Assembly: GCA_037443565.1 (NCBI GenBank)
Contig: JBBIOB010000008.1
Span: 3,166-67,165, forward strand
Reading direction: 5' to 3'
Origin: Armatimonadota bacterium
GTDB lineage: Bacteria > Sysuimicrobiota > Sysuimicrobiia > Sysuimicrobiales > Humicultoraceae
DNA: 64,000 bases
The position numbers and the translations under genes were made by a program. This document shows positions 43,473 to 53,146 of this stretch, one piece after another; the stretch's first letter is position 1, and every line of letters begins with the position of its first letter. Under the pieces are notes generated by a model. It worked only from the letters and a program-made list of their open reading frames with translations. It was not told the DNA's origin and searched no databases.

Positions 43473-45428
43473 ATGTCGACCCGCCCGATCGAATCCCTGC
43501 TCGCAGAGGACCGCACCTTTGCACCCTCCGAAGCCTTCCGCGCCCACGCCACGGTCACCGACGCGACCATCTACGAGCTGGCCCGCGAGGACCCAGAAGG
43601 CTTCTGGGAGGCCGCGGCCGCGGACCTCCACTGGTTCAGACGGTGGGACCGGGTGCTCGAGTGGACCCCGCCGTACGCGCAGTGGTTCGTCGGCGCGCGC
43701 ACCAACATCGCGTACAACTGCCTCGACCGGCACCTGCGCGGCGTCCGGCGCAACAAGGCGGCCATCATCTGGGAAGGCGAGCCCGGCGACACCCGGGTAC
43801 TAACCTACTGGGATCTGGCCCGGGAGGTCAACCGGTGCGCGAACGCGTTGCGCTCGCTCGGCATCCAGCGGGGCGACCGGGTCGCCATCTACATGCCGAT
43901 GATCCCGGAGCTGCCCATCGCGATGCTGGCCTGCGCTCGGATCGGCGCGGTGCACACGGTCGTCTTCGGCGGGTTCTCGGCTGAGGCGCTGCGCGATCGG
44001 ATCAACGACGCGCAGGCCAAGCTGGTGATCACCGCGGACGGGGGATACCGCCGGGGGCAGATCGTGCCCCTCAAGCGCAACGTCGATCACGCAGTGGCCG
44101 AGACCCCTACGGTCCAGCACGTCCTGGTCGTGCGCCGGATCGGCGACGCGGCCGCGGTTCACGTGGTGGAAGGCCGCGACCGATGGTGGCACCGGGCGCT
44201 CGACGGGATGCGGCTCGACTGCCCGGCCGAAGAGATGGAGAGCGAGGACGTGCTCTACATCCTCTATACGAGCGGCACGACAGGGAAACCGAAGGGCATC
44301 GTGCACACCACCGGCGGCTACATGGTCGGCACGTACCTGACGACCAAGTGGGTGTTCGATCTCAAGGAAGACGATGTCTACTGGTGCACCGCGGACATCG
44401 GCTGGGTGACCGGCCATTCGTACATCGTCTACGGCCCGCTGGCGAACGGTGCGACCGTCGTCATGTACGAAGGCACGCCCGACTGGCCGGAGAAGGACCG
44501 CTTCTGGGAGATCGTCGAGAAGTACGGGGTGACCATCCTCTACACGGCACCAACGGCGATCCGCACGTTCGTCAAGTGGGGACCGGACTGGCCGGCACGC
44601 CACGATCTCTCGTCCCTCCGCCTGCTCGGGACGGTCGGCGAGCCGATCAACCCGGACGCCTGGACCTGGTACCGCAGCCACATCGGTGGCGACCGGTGCC
44701 CGGTTGTGGACACGTGGTGGCAGACCGAGACCGGGAGTATCCTCATCACCCCGCTGCCGGGGATCACGACGCTCAAGCCCGGATCGGCCACGCGCCCGTT
44801 CCCCACGATCGACGCGGCGGTCGTCGACGAGCGCGGGACGCCGGTCCCGCCCAACACCGGCGGCTACCTGGTGATCCGCCGGCCGTGGCCGTCGATGCTT
44901 CGAGGCATCTATGGCGATCCGAAGCGGTTCCAGCAGGTCTACTGGGATCGGATCCCCGGGGTCTACTTCACCGGTGACGGAGCCCGCGTGGATGGGGACG
45001 GTGACTTCTGGCTACTCGGCCGGGTGGACGACGTCATCAACGTCGCCGGCCACCGGATCGGCACCATGGAGGTGGAGTCCGCCCTGGTCTCCCATCCGAT
45101 GGTCGCTGAGGCCGCGGTGATCGGGATGCACCACGAGATCAAGGGGCAGGCGCTCGCCGCGTTCGTGACCCTCAAGGAGGGCGGCGTGGGTGACGACGCG
45201 ATGCTGGACGAACTGCGCGAGCACGTCGCAGAGAAGATCGGCGCGATCGCCAAGCCCGACCGGATCATGTTCAGCGCGGAGCTTCCGAAGACGCGGAGCG
45301 GCAAGATCATGCGGCGGCTCCTCCGCGACATCGCCGAGGGCCGTGTGTTGGGGGACACGACCACGCTCGCCGATCCATCGGTCGTCCAGAGCCTGCGGGA
45401 ACGGTACGAGGAGGACGCGCAGGGTTGA
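43473..45428 (+). CDS. acs: Acetyl-CoA synthetase (AMP-forming)
   Basis: Trimmed to the ATG at 43473 (GGGAGGA 5 nt upstream). [18 protein letters not shown], ...[12 protein letters not shown] motifs. Confidence 0.95.
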   Translation: MSTRPIESLLAEDRTFAPSEAFRAHATVTDATIYELAREDPEGFWEAAAADLHWFRRWDRVLEWTPPYAQWFVGARTNIAYNCLDRHLRGVRRNKAAIIWEGEPGDTRVLTYWDLAREVNRCANALRSLGIQRGDRVAIYMPMIPELPIAMLACARIGAVHTVVFGGFSAEALRDRINDAQAKLVITADGGYRRGQIVPLKRNVDHAVAETPTVQHVLVVRRIGDAAAVHVVEGRDRWWHRALDGMRLDCPAEEMESEDVLYILYTSGTTGKPKGIVHTTGGYMVGTYLTTKWVFDLKEDDVYWCTADIGWVTGHSYIVYGPLANGATVVMYEGTPDWPEKDRFWEIVEKYGVTILYTAPTAIRTFVKWGPDWPARHDLSSLRLLGTVGEPINPDAWTWYRSHIGGDRCPVVDTWWQTETGSILITPLPGITTLKPGSATRPFPTIDAAVVDERGTPVPPNTGGYLVIRRPWPSMLRGIYGDPKRFQQVYWDRIPGVYFTGDGARVDGDGDFWLLGRVDDVINVAGHRIGTMEVESALVSHPMVAEAAVIGMHHEIKGQALAAFVTLKEGGVGDDAMLDELREHVAEKIGAIAKPDRIMFSAELPKTRSGKIMRRLLRDIAEGRVLGDTTTLADPSVVQSLRERYEEDAQG

Positions 45429-45442
45429 CCGGGTCGGATCGG

Positions 45443-46231
45443 TCAGACGCGCTCGGCGGCTGACGGGGCGGGCATCAGGATCTCGCGCAACCGGTGGAGG
45501 GTCGAGGCCAGGACGCGCGAGACGTGCTTCTGCGAGATGCCAAGGCGCGCCGCAGCCTCGGCTTGCGTCAGGTCCGTAAAGAAGAGGTAGAACACGACCG
45601 CGCGCTGGAGGGGGTTCACGCTCTCCAGCGCGCTGAGCAGGACGATGCGGTCTTCGGCGAGAGAGGTCGACGGGTCATCCGACCGACATCGGGTCCGGTC
45701 CAGGTCGACCGTGGACTGGCCCTCTTCATCCGCGGCATCGAGGGAGAGCGTCCGAACCACGCCGCGAGTGCGTAGGATCTCCGTCACCGCATCGACGGCG
45801 AGCCCAAGGGTCGAGGCCAGATCGTCCACCCCAGGATACCGACCGTGCTCGTCCAGGTGCTCCCCCACCGCCTGCTCGATCAGACCGCTGGCGCGCTCCA
45901 GCCACCGTGGCCGTCGCACCAGACTGTGGTGGTCCCGCAGGTAGTGCCGGATCTCACCCCGCACGTAGTGACGGGCAAAGGGCAGGAACGGCGTGCCGCG
46001 CGATGGGTCATAGTGCTCGATCGCGTTCAACAGGCCCAGGAATCCCACCTGCGCGAGATCGTCGTCATGGGATCCATTGCGGTACCCTGACGCAATGCCC
46101 CGCACCAGGGCCTCGCACCGCCGTACGAGGACGTCCTGGACGTTGGGATCGCGCGTCGCCGCATAGCGCCGGGCCAACACGTCAAGGTCGGTGGTCGCTG
46201 GGACCGCTGGTGTGAAGGAGGAAACTGCCAC
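45443..46231 (-). CDS. Group-3 sigma-70 family factor (SigB/SigF/SigG-like)
   Basis: 262 aa, GTG start with uncertain position. Region 2 DDLAQVGFLGLLNAIEHYDP...FARHYVRGEIRHYLRD and region 4 LTQAEAAARLGISQKHVSRVL. No anti-sigma genes are adjacent. Confidence 0.8.
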   Translation of the reverse strand: MAVSSFTPAVPATTDLDVLARRYAATRDPNVQDVLVRRCEALVRGIASGYRNGSHDDDLAQVGFLGLLNAIEHYDPSRGTPFLPFARHYVRGEIRHYLRDHHSLVRRPRWLERASGLIEQAVGEHLDEHGRYPGVDDLASTLGLAVDAVTEILRTRGVVRTLSLDAADEEGQSTVDLDRTRCRSDDPSTSLAEDRIVLLSALESVNPLQRAVVFYLFFTDLTQAEAAARLGISQKHVSRVLASTLHRLREILMPAPSAAERV

Positions 46232-46325
46232 GGTGGCCTCTGTGGACGGTGATTACTGTATTCACATGCAGAGCGGTCGGGCAGGAGAGATTGTTCCCCA
46301 CGTCGTCACGTCTTCCCAGTCCGCG

Positions 46326-47546
46326 CTAGCGAAGCGTGTCGAGATTGAAGGCCCGGTGGACTGCCCGCACGGCGGTCTGGATGTCGTCGGTGGGCACGAC
46401 GCACGAGATCTTGATCTCCGACGTGCTGATCATCTGGATGTTCACGCCCGCGGCGGCCAGGGCGCCGAACATCGCCGCGGCCACGCCGGGGTTGCTGGCC
46501 ATGCCGGCGCCGATGACCGAGATCTTCGCCACTCCTTCGCCCGCCGCGACCTCGCCGCCACCGATCTCGCGGCCGACGGTGCGCACCGCCTCCTCAGCCG
46601 CAGCGGCATCGGGCTTCGTCACGGTGAACGAAATGTCGGCCCGCCCCCCGCGGCTGGCAGTCTGGACAATCATGTCCACGTTGATGTGCCGGTCCGCCAG
46701 AGCCGAGAAGATCCGGTGGGCGACACCCGGGATGTCCGGGAGATCGCGGATCGTGATCTTGGCCACATTGGTATCGTGGGCCACACCAGTGACGAGCCGT
46801 GTGCGTTCCACCTCCGTCCCCTCCTCCACGATCGTGCCGGGCGCATCAGTCCAGGTTGACCGCACGTGCAGACGAACCCCGTAGGCTTTGGCGTACTCGA
46901 CCGAGCGGGTCTGCAGGACGACCGCGCCGCCCGAGGCCAGCTCCAGCATCTCCTCGTAGGACAGCCGGCTGAGCAGGCGGGCCTCGGGCACGATCCGCGG
47001 ATCGGCGGTGAAGACCCCGGACACATCGGTGTAGATCTCGCAGGAATCCGCGCCCAGGGCCGAGGCCAGGGCGACGGCCGAGAGATCGGATCCCCCGCGG
47101 CCCAACGTCGTGATCTCGTGATCGGGGGTGACCCCCTGGAATCCGGCGACCACGACAATCCGCCCTCGCGCCAGTTCCTCGTCGATCCGCCGGCGGTCGA
47201 CTTCCAGGATCCGGGCCTTGGTGTGGACCCCGTCGGTCAGGATCCGAACCTGGCTCCCTGTCAGCGAGATCGCCGGCTCGCCGATGACCTGGAGCGCCAT
47301 CGACAGCAGGGCGATCGAGACCTGCTCGCCGACCGCCATGAGCATGTCCAGTTCGCGCGCGGGCGGCTGCGGCGCGATCTCTCGGGCGCGGGTGATCAAT
47401 TCGTCGGTCATGTCCCCGGGTGCAGACACCACGACCACCATGCTGGCGCCGGTCCGCCGGGTGGCGGCCACACGCTGGGCGACGTGGCGCAGCTTCTCCG
47501 TCGTGGCCACCGAGCTCCCGCCGTACTTCTGCACAATCAGTGCCAC
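46326..47546 (-). CDS. lysC: Aspartate kinase
   Basis: 406 aa, GTG start with AAGGAGG 6 nt upstream. [13 protein letters not shown]..., then C-terminal ACT domains. Confidence 0.95.
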   Translation of the reverse strand: MALIVQKYGGSSVATTEKLRHVAQRVAATRRTGASMVVVVSAPGDMTDELITRAREIAPQPPARELDMLMAVGEQVSIALLSMALQVIGEPAISLTGSQVRILTDGVHTKARILEVDRRRIDEELARGRIVVVAGFQGVTPDHEITTLGRGGSDLSAVALASALGADSCEIYTDVSGVFTADPRIVPEARLLSRLSYEEMLELASGGAVVLQTRSVEYAKAYGVRLHVRSTWTDAPGTIVEEGTEVERTRLVTGVAHDTNVAKITIRDLPDIPGVAHRIFSALADRHINVDMIVQTASRGGRADISFTVTKPDAAAAEEAVRTVGREIGGGEVAAGEGVAKISVIGAGMASNPGVAAAMFGALAAAGVNIQMISTSEIKISCVVPTDDIQTAVRAVHRAFNLDTLR

Positions 47547-48589
47547 CGTCGGCCTCCTTCGTCCAGAACCGCGCGGACTGCCTCAAGCGTAGCCGGAGTC
47601 TGCACCGGCTCGGGCCCTCTCACCACGTCGGGGTCCTTCAGTCCGTGACCGGTCAGCACGCAGACGACGTCGCCGTCCGGAAGCGCGGCCGCATCCACGC
47701 GGGCCAGCCCGGCCACCGCCGCCGCAGAGGCCGGCTCAACAAAGATCCCCTCGGCGGCCAGGGCACATTGTGCCTCCAAGATCTCTCCGTCGGTCACCTG
47801 CACGAACCCGCCGCCCGATGCCTTCGACGCCTCAATCGCGCCCTCCCAGCTGGCCGGCCGGCCGATGCGAATCGCCGACGCCACGGTCTGCGGCCGCACG
47901 ACCGGCTCCCCGCGAAGCAGGGGGTTCGCGCCTTCGGCCTGTACGCCGACCACCCTAGGCAGACGCTCGATGCGGCCGGCCTCGAGGTACCGCCGGAATC
48001 CCTGCCAGTACGCGGTGATGTTCCCTCCGTTCCCGACCGGCAGCACGAGCGCCGCGGGAGTGTCGCCCAGCGCGTCGCAGATCTCATAGGCGGCCGTCGC
48101 CTGGCCTTCGAGCCGAAGCGGGTTTAGCGAGTTCACGAGCACGAACGCGTCGCTGGCCACCGCCCGCACCAATCCGAGGGCATCTTCAAAGCGGCCGTCG
48201 ACCGCCACCACACGCGCGCCGTGGGCCGCTGCCTGCGCAAGCTTGCCTCGCGCCACAACCCCTGCCGGCAGCAGCACCCAGCAGGACAGGCCGGCGCGGC
48301 CCGCATAGGCGGCCGCCGACGCGGCCGTGTTGCCGGTCGATGCGCAGAGCACGCCGCGGGCTCCCGCGGATGCCGCCTGACTGACCGCCACGGTCATTCC
48401 GCGATCCTTGAAGGAGCCGGTCGGGTTGCTGCCCTCAACCTTCAACCAGACCGGCCGGCACAGGAGCCGGCTCAACCGCGCCGACGGGACCAGGGGGGTG
48501 CCGCCCTCGTGCAGCGTGATCACGCGGTCGAGCGGAGGCAGGAACTCTCGATACGCGTCGATGATCCCGGGCCACGGCACGAACGTCAC
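47537..48589 (-). CDS. thrC: Threonine synthase
   Basis: 350 aa, GTG start. ...[15 protein letters not shown]... PLP-lysine motif. Confidence 0.93.
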   Translation of the reverse strand: MTFVPWPGIIDAYREFLPPLDRVITLHEGGTPLVPSARLSRLLCRPVWLKVEGSNPTGSFKDRGMTVAVSQAASAGARGVLCASTGNTAASAAAYAGRAGLSCWVLLPAGVVARGKLAQAAAHGARVVAVDGRFEDALGLVRAVASDAFVLVNSLNPLRLEGQATAAYEICDALGDTPAALVLPVGNGGNITAYWQGFRRYLEAGRIERLPRVVGVQAEGANPLLRGEPVVRPQTVASAIRIGRPASWEGAIEASKASGGGFVQVTDGEILEAQCALAAEGIFVEPASAAAVAGLARVDAAALPDGDVVCVLTGHGLKDPDVVRGPEPVQTPATLEAVRAVLDEGGRRWH

Positions 48590-48607
48590 TGGCAGACTCC
48601 CGCGCGG

Positions 48608-49891
48608 CTATGCCGCAATACGAAGGACCGCGTGCACCGCAGCCACCGCGTCGAGCGCCTTCAGGCGGGCCAGCACACGCTGCATCGAGGCTTCCCGCGC
48701 CTCATGCGTCACCAGCACCGCGTCCGCGGTGACCCCGCGACTCTTCTGCACGATCGACGCGATACTGACTCCTTCGTCGCCGAAGGCCCCGGCCACCTGC
48801 GCGAACACGCCGGGCCGGTCCGATACCTCGAGGAGGACACAGTACGGAACGACGATGTCGGCGATCTCGCGGATCGGGCGGCGAGGGAATTCCTGACGGC
48901 CGAGGCGACCTCCTGCTCCCCTCCGGATGTTGCGGGCCGCATCGATCACATCGCCGACCACGGCGCTCGCGGTCGGGCCCCCTCCCGCGCCGCGGCCCTC
49001 GAGCACGATGGGGCCGACCGGATCGCCGTCGATCATGACGGCGTTCAGCTCATCGGCGACACTAGCCAGAGGGTGTGCCATCGGCAGCAGGCCGGGATGC
49101 ACTCGAGCCTCGACCGCGCCGCCCTCGCACCGGGCGATGGCCAGCAGCTTCACGGCGTATCCCAGCTCCCGGGCATACGCGATGTCGCGCTGCGTGAGCC
49201 CGCTGATCCCCTCGCGGTAGACGTCGTCTCCGGCCACCCGACAGCCGAACGCCAGGGAGGCGAGGATCGCGAGCTTCGCCGCCGCGTCATGACCGTCCAC
49301 GTCATCCGTAGGATCGCTCTCGGCAAATCCGCGCTGCTGCGCGGCCACCAGCGCCTCGGCGAACCCCACACCGTCGTGGGCCATTCGTGTGAGAATGAAG
49401 TTCGTCGTGCCGTTGAGGATGCCAACAACCTGCCGGATGGCATTGGCCGCCAGCGACTCGGTGATGGCCTTGACCACCGGAATGCCGCCGCCGACGCTCG
49501 CCTCGAAGAACAGGTCTGTCCCGGCGCGGGCGGCCGCGGCCAGCAGTTCGTCGCCTCGCGACGACATCAACTGCTTGTTTGCGGTTACGACGGCCTTGCC
49601 GCGGGAGAGCGCGGCCATGATGTACGAGCGGGCGGGTTCGATCCCGCCGATCACCTCGACGACAACGTCGACCGCAGGATCCTCGACGAGTGCGCGGCCG
49701 TCGCCTCCAATGAGGCCGGCTGGCAGGGTCAGGGGGCGAGGGCGTTCAGGATGCGCGACGGCGACGCGCTGCAGGACGACCGGAATCCCGGCGCGGCCAG
49801 CGATCTCGCCGCTGCGATGTATGAGCAGATCAGCGACGGCTGTCCCCACCGTTCCCAGTCCCAGCAGCCCAATGCGACAGATCCCCTCCAC
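48608..49891 (-). CDS. hom: Homoserine dehydrogenase
   Basis: Trimmed to the GTG at 49891 (GGAGGGAGG upstream): VEGICRIGLLGLGTVGTAV... NAD motif, with a C-terminal ACT domain. The track ORF extends to 50071 with an implausible N-terminus. Confidence 0.9.
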   Translation of the reverse strand: MEGICRIGLLGLGTVGTAVADLLIHRSGEIAGRAGIPVVLQRVAVAHPERPRPLTLPAGLIGGDGRALVEDPAVDVVVEVIGGIEPARSYIMAALSRGKAVVTANKQLMSSRGDELLAAAARAGTDLFFEASVGGGIPVVKAITESLAANAIRQVVGILNGTTNFILTRMAHDGVGFAEALVAAQQRGFAESDPTDDVDGHDAAAKLAILASLAFGCRVAGDDVYREGISGLTQRDIAYARELGYAVKLLAIARCEGGAVEARVHPGLLPMAHPLASVADELNAVMIDGDPVGPIVLEGRGAGGGPTASAVVGDVIDAARNIRRGAGGRLGRQEFPRRPIREIADIVVPYCVLLEVSDRPGVFAQVAGAFGDEGVSIASIVQKSRGVTADAVLVTHEAREASMQRVLARLKALDAVAAVHAVLRIAA

Positions 49892-49923
49892 TGAATCCTC
49901 CCTCCGGCCTGAGCAACGCCCCA

Positions 49924-49953
49924 CGCATACCAGACGGCCGGAGGTGGTGTCAA
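49924..49953 (-). promoter_or_regulatory. Candidate promoter for hom-thrC-lysC: perfect -35 TTGACA, 18-nt spacer, weak -10 TATGCG
   Basis: The minus strand reads cTTGACAccacctccggccgtctggTATGCGtgggg, about 35 nt upstream of the hom GTG. Confidence 0.35.
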
Positions 49954-49993
49954 GGCGACCCAGAGGCGGGCGACGGCGGGGCGGCACACGCCG

Positions 49994-50022
49994 TTGACGG
50001 TGACCGACCGGTGGGCTATCGT
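49994..50022 (+). promoter_or_regulatory. Sigma-70-like promoter for the plus-strand HTH-TPR gene: -35 TTGACG, 17-nt spacer, -10 TATCGT
   Basis: Read directly: TTGACGgtgaccgaccggtgggcTATCGT, ending 38 nt upstream of the ATG at 50060. Confidence 0.45.
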
Positions 50023-50059
50023 CGGGACGACGGGTGGCCGGTCGGCCGAGCGACTTCCC

Positions 50060-51292
50060 ATGGGTCGTCATCCATCACGCAGGCACACGTCGCCGGAAGA
50101 GGCGCCCGCCGGCAGGCGTATCCGGCAGCGCCGGCGGGATCTGGGGCTGACGCAGGCGGACTTGGCCGGGTCGGACTACACCAAGAGCTTCATCAGCCAG
50201 ATCGAAGGCGGGCATGCGGATCCGTCGCTCGATACCCTGCGCCTCTTCGGCCGCAGGCTTCACCTGAGTCTCTCGACGATCGCCGGCGACGACGCCGACC
50301 GGCGCCTCGCCCTCCTGGCCGGGCTTCTGGCGTGGGCTGAGTCCCGCGCCGAAGCCGGCCGCTTGGATGCCGCCCGCCAGGCGGCGGCGCTGGTCCGTGA
50401 GATCGCGTCAGAGTCCGCGGCACCGCTGTTCGAAGCCGACGCCCTGCTGATGCTCGCGCACCTGGACACTGCGGCGGGGGACGTCGACGCCGCGCAGCGT
50501 GCGCTTGACGCGGTGGCCGCTCTTCCATTGAGGTCGGGGTCGCGGGTGAGCGTGCGGGCTGCGCTCGCACGGGGGGAACTGGCTCTGCGAAGGCGTGATG
50601 TGACGTCCTCCATCGAGGCATTCCGCCACGTCGCACGCTCGGGCCCTCATACTGCTCGCCATCCCGATCTGCGGGCACAGGCACTCATCGGGCTGGCCGC
50701 CACCGCGGACCGGTCCGGGGATCGACGGCGGGCCCGACGGAGGCTCGAATCGGCCCTCGCGCTGACCGCGCGCCAGGGTCTCCACAGCCTGCGCGGCGAC
50801 GTTCACCTTCGGCTCGCGGCATTGGATGGTCTCGAGGGTCGACACGATTCTGCCCTCCGGCACCTCGAGGAGGCCGCGCAGATGCTCCCCGCCCACCCCC
50901 GGACGAGATTGGCGACTCTGCTTGCCCTGGCGCAGGCAGCTCTGGCGTCGGGGGACCTACCCCTTGCTGAGCGGGCGGCGCAGCACGCCGGTCGGCTGAC
51001 CGAGACCATTGACGATGCGGTCGCCCGGGCAAGGACCGGGGCGCTGATCGGACGGGTGCTGGCCGCGCAGGGCCGCCACGCGGATGGGGCGGCGCGGCTC
51101 TCCGAGGCCGCCTCGCTGATCCGCGGAGAGGCCGCCCCCGTCGAGGTCGTGCAGGCCGCAAGAGAGTTCGGGGAGTTCTACCAGGCGGTGGGCGATCGCG
51201 ATGCGGCGGCGCGCTTCCTTGCGATAGCCTCCCGGCCCACACTGCCGACGACGGCAGACGGCAGTACGCCTGGAGCCGCCGCTCCCTGGTGA
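50060..51292 (+). CDS. XRE-family helix-turn-helix plus TPR-repeat protein (410 aa)
   Basis: RRIRQRRRDLGLTQADLAGSDYTKSFISQIEGGHADPSLDTLRLFGRRLHLSLSTI (HTH_XRE), followed by about 350 aa of Ala/Leu-rich TPR-like helical repeats. The start is set to the ATG at 50060 because the predicted promoter overlaps the track start (TTG at 49994). Confidence 0.8.
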   Translation: MGRHPSRRHTSPEEAPAGRRIRQRRRDLGLTQADLAGSDYTKSFISQIEGGHADPSLDTLRLFGRRLHLSLSTIAGDDADRRLALLAGLLAWAESRAEAGRLDAARQAAALVREIASESAAPLFEADALLMLAHLDTAAGDVDAAQRALDAVAALPLRSGSRVSVRAALARGELALRRRDVTSSIEAFRHVARSGPHTARHPDLRAQALIGLAATADRSGDRRRARRRLESALALTARQGLHSLRGDVHLRLAALDGLEGRHDSALRHLEEAAQMLPAHPRTRLATLLALAQAALASGDLPLAERAAQHAGRLTETIDDAVARARTGALIGRVLAAQGRHADGAARLSEAASLIRGEAAPVEVVQAAREFGEFYQAVGDRDAAARFLAIASRPTLPTTADGSTPGAAAPW

Positions 51293-51298
51293 GTCGGC

Positions 51299-51314
51299 CC
51301 CGGCCTGCGCCGGG
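51299..51314. terminator. 6-bp GC hairpin (CCCGGC-CTGC-GCCGGG) in the 24-nt gap between the convergent HTH-TPR genes
   Basis: Read directly. It is short and has no U-tract. Confidence 0.25.
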
Positions 51315-51316
51315 CG

Positions 51317-52618
51317 CTATGTGACTCCGGCCTCCTGGACGCGGAACGCCCTGGCGAAGAGATGGGCCGCCTGCCCTTCCTCGCCGCGCTCCAAGAGCAG
51401 GAACCCGTAGTCGCGGCTGACCCGCGCCACCTCACCGACAGCCCCGAGGCGTTCGAACTCGTGAAGGGCGTACGCATAGCGATGCACGGCTTCGTCCAGC
51501 TTGCCTTCACGGTGACAGACGGCTGCCATGACGGTCTCGGCGCGCGCCGCCTCCGCCGGATCCTGCAGCCTGACCGCGAGTCGAATTGCTTCCTCGGCCC
51601 GGGAGCGTGCCGCCTCGGAGTCGCCGCGCAAGAATGCGGCGCGCGCCAGTTCGGTCAGGGTCTGCGCTCGGCCGGCGTCGTCCGCGAGCCGGCTGGCCAG
51701 GACGAGGCTCTGCTCGAGCGCAGCCACGCCCTCCTCGGGCTGACCGCGGTTGAGCAGCAGTATGCCGATGCTGCGCTTGACCGTGCCCAGGGCCAGCAGG
51801 TTCTCCTGGGTCTCGAAGAGCACCGCGGCCTTCTCGAGATGCACCCGTGCGAGATCAAATGACTGCTCCCGCTCGTAGGCGACGCCGAGGTTGAAATGCA
51901 ACGCCCCGAGCGACATGAGATCTCCAAGCGGCTCAAGCCGGTCGAGCGCAGCGCGAAAGCACTCGAGGGCCTGGGCCGGCAACCCAAGGTCAGAGTACGT
52001 CCGGCCGAGATTGGCCAGCACGCTGCCCTCGAATTCGGTGTCCGGCGGAGAGGCGGACCGCGCCGCCAACAGCGCCCGCGTGAAGGCGTCTCGGGCGGCC
52101 GGGAAGTCGCGCTTCCGGAGGGAGAGGAACCCTGTGGCGCTTGCCACCCGTGCGACTAAGTCCGGCCGCCCGAGCGCACCTGCGATCTCGCGCGCGCGGT
52201 CAAGATGCTGCTCAGCCAGGTCGAACTGCCTCAGCCCGGTCAGCGCCTGCCCCAGTCCGACCTGAATGCGAAACATGATCTCAGGCGGCGTGTCAGATCC
52301 ACCATGCCGCTCCGCCGCATGATAGGCTTCCACCGCCTCGGTGTGGCGGTGCTGCCGCAAGAGCGCCGCGCCCAGGTTGATCTTCAGGGACATCTGCCGG
52401 GCCAGCGGGGGCTCAGCATCGAGGAGGTGAGAGACCGGAACGCCGAGCCGCCCGGCGAGCAGCCGCAGGCTGTCCAGCGAAGGCCGCACCTTGTCGTGCT
52501 CGAGCATGCTGATGAAGCTCTCCGAGAGCTCCTCGCCGGCGAGCGCGCGCTGCGTCAGGCCGCGGTCTCGGCGAGCGCGGCGCACTTTCTCTCCAAGCGT
52601 CACAACGGTTCCCCCCAA
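51317..52618 (-). CDS. XRE-family helix-turn-helix plus TPR-repeat protein (about 433 aa), paralogue of the convergent neighbour
   Basis: EKVRRARRDRGLTQRALAGEELSESFISMLEHDKVRPSLDSLRLLAGRLGVPVSHLL (HTH_XRE), then multiple TPR-like units (...EAVEAYHAA..., ...ALECFRAALD..., ...RVHLEKAAVLFE...). TTG start at 52618 with GGAG 5 nt upstream. An alternative GTG lies at 52603. Confidence 0.8.
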   Translation of the reverse strand: MGGTVVTLGEKVRRARRDRGLTQRALAGEELSESFISMLEHDKVRPSLDSLRLLAGRLGVPVSHLLDAEPPLARQMSLKINLGAALLRQHRHTEAVEAYHAAERHGGSDTPPEIMFRIQVGLGQALTGLRQFDLAEQHLDRAREIAGALGRPDLVARVASATGFLSLRKRDFPAARDAFTRALLAARSASPPDTEFEGSVLANLGRTYSDLGLPAQALECFRAALDRLEPLGDLMSLGALHFNLGVAYEREQSFDLARVHLEKAAVLFETQENLLALGTVKRSIGILLLNRGQPEEGVAALEQSLVLASRLADDAGRAQTLTELARAAFLRGDSEAARSRAEEAIRLAVRLQDPAEAARAETVMAAVCHREGKLDEAVHRYAYALHEFERLGAVGEVARVSRDYGFLLLERGEEGQAAHLFARAFRVQEAGVT

Positions 52619-52711
52619 GAGATCTCCGGCCCGCGGCCAGGACTGTCAGCCCTGCAGCGGCTTCGTGATCTCGTGACCTGCGGCCAGGCGAAAGGCGCCT
52701 TGATGTGTGCG

Positions 52712-52870
52712 CTACGCCCAGCCGCCCAGCGCTTCGATGTCGCCGTGCCCGGCCCAGCCGCCCAGCGCCTCGATGTCGCCATGTCCGCCCATGAGAGTCG
52801 CCGTGCTACGCAGGTTTGCGCATGAAACGCCGAGCAACACGGCAAGGGCGATCACGACCATGGTTCTCAT
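52712..52870 (-). CDS. Small secreted/lipobox pre-peptide (52 aa) ending in a tandem 12-aa repeat; below the ORF-track length cutoff
   Basis: My translation: MRTMVVIALAVLLGVSCANLRSTATLMGGHGDIEALGGWAGHGDIEALGGWA*. GGGGGGAG lies 7 nt upstream of the ATG at 52870. The N-terminal signal peptide has an LLGVSC lipobox-like site. The two 36-nt repeat copies differ at 4 positions, all third-codon and synonymous in this frame only. Confidence 0.7.
   Translation of the reverse strand: MRTMVVIALAVLLGVSCANLRSTATLMGGHGDIEALGGWAGHGDIEALGGWA
52715..52786 (-). repeat. 36-nt x 2 tandem repeat encoding GHGDIEALGGWA twice
   Basis: Copy 1 (52786-52751): ggacatggcgacatcgaggcgctgggcggctgggcc. Copy 2 (52750-52715): gggcacggcgacatcgaagcgctgggcggctgggcg. 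Confidence 0.95.
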
Positions 52871-53146
52871 CTGATTCTCCCCCCTCAGGGTTCGGGCTGC
52901 GGATCGTCCAAAGGCAGGCTTCGATCTGGGAATGCCCGACGTTTCGACACCTGCCGGTGAAGTTCCTCCATTGGAAGGCTCTCACTTCATCAATACTGAA
53001 GTCCGATGCCCGGTGGCCGCTGAACTATCGTTTGGGAGGCCGATTTCTTGCAGTTCCCGGCAGGAACCGAAGAGCAATGGCAAAAATCACTCTGTCTGAA
53101 CTGGCGGGTTCTCCACGCGTTCACCGCCACGCGCGGAAGGGTCGGT

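Noticed and set aside
47547-47600. Possible lysine riboswitch (L-box) upstream of lysC
   Set aside because: The lysC start overlaps the thrC stop by 10 nt, so there is no leader region. lysC is the last gene of a hom-thrC-lysC operon.
52600-52845. 81-aa minus-strand ORF and 206-aa plus-strand ORF (52205..52825) crossing the 36-nt tandem repeat
   Set aside because: In both frames the four inter-repeat differences change amino acids. Neither has an RBS or recognisable features. The plus-strand ORF is antisense to the HTH-TPR gene. The 52-codon frame explains the data better.
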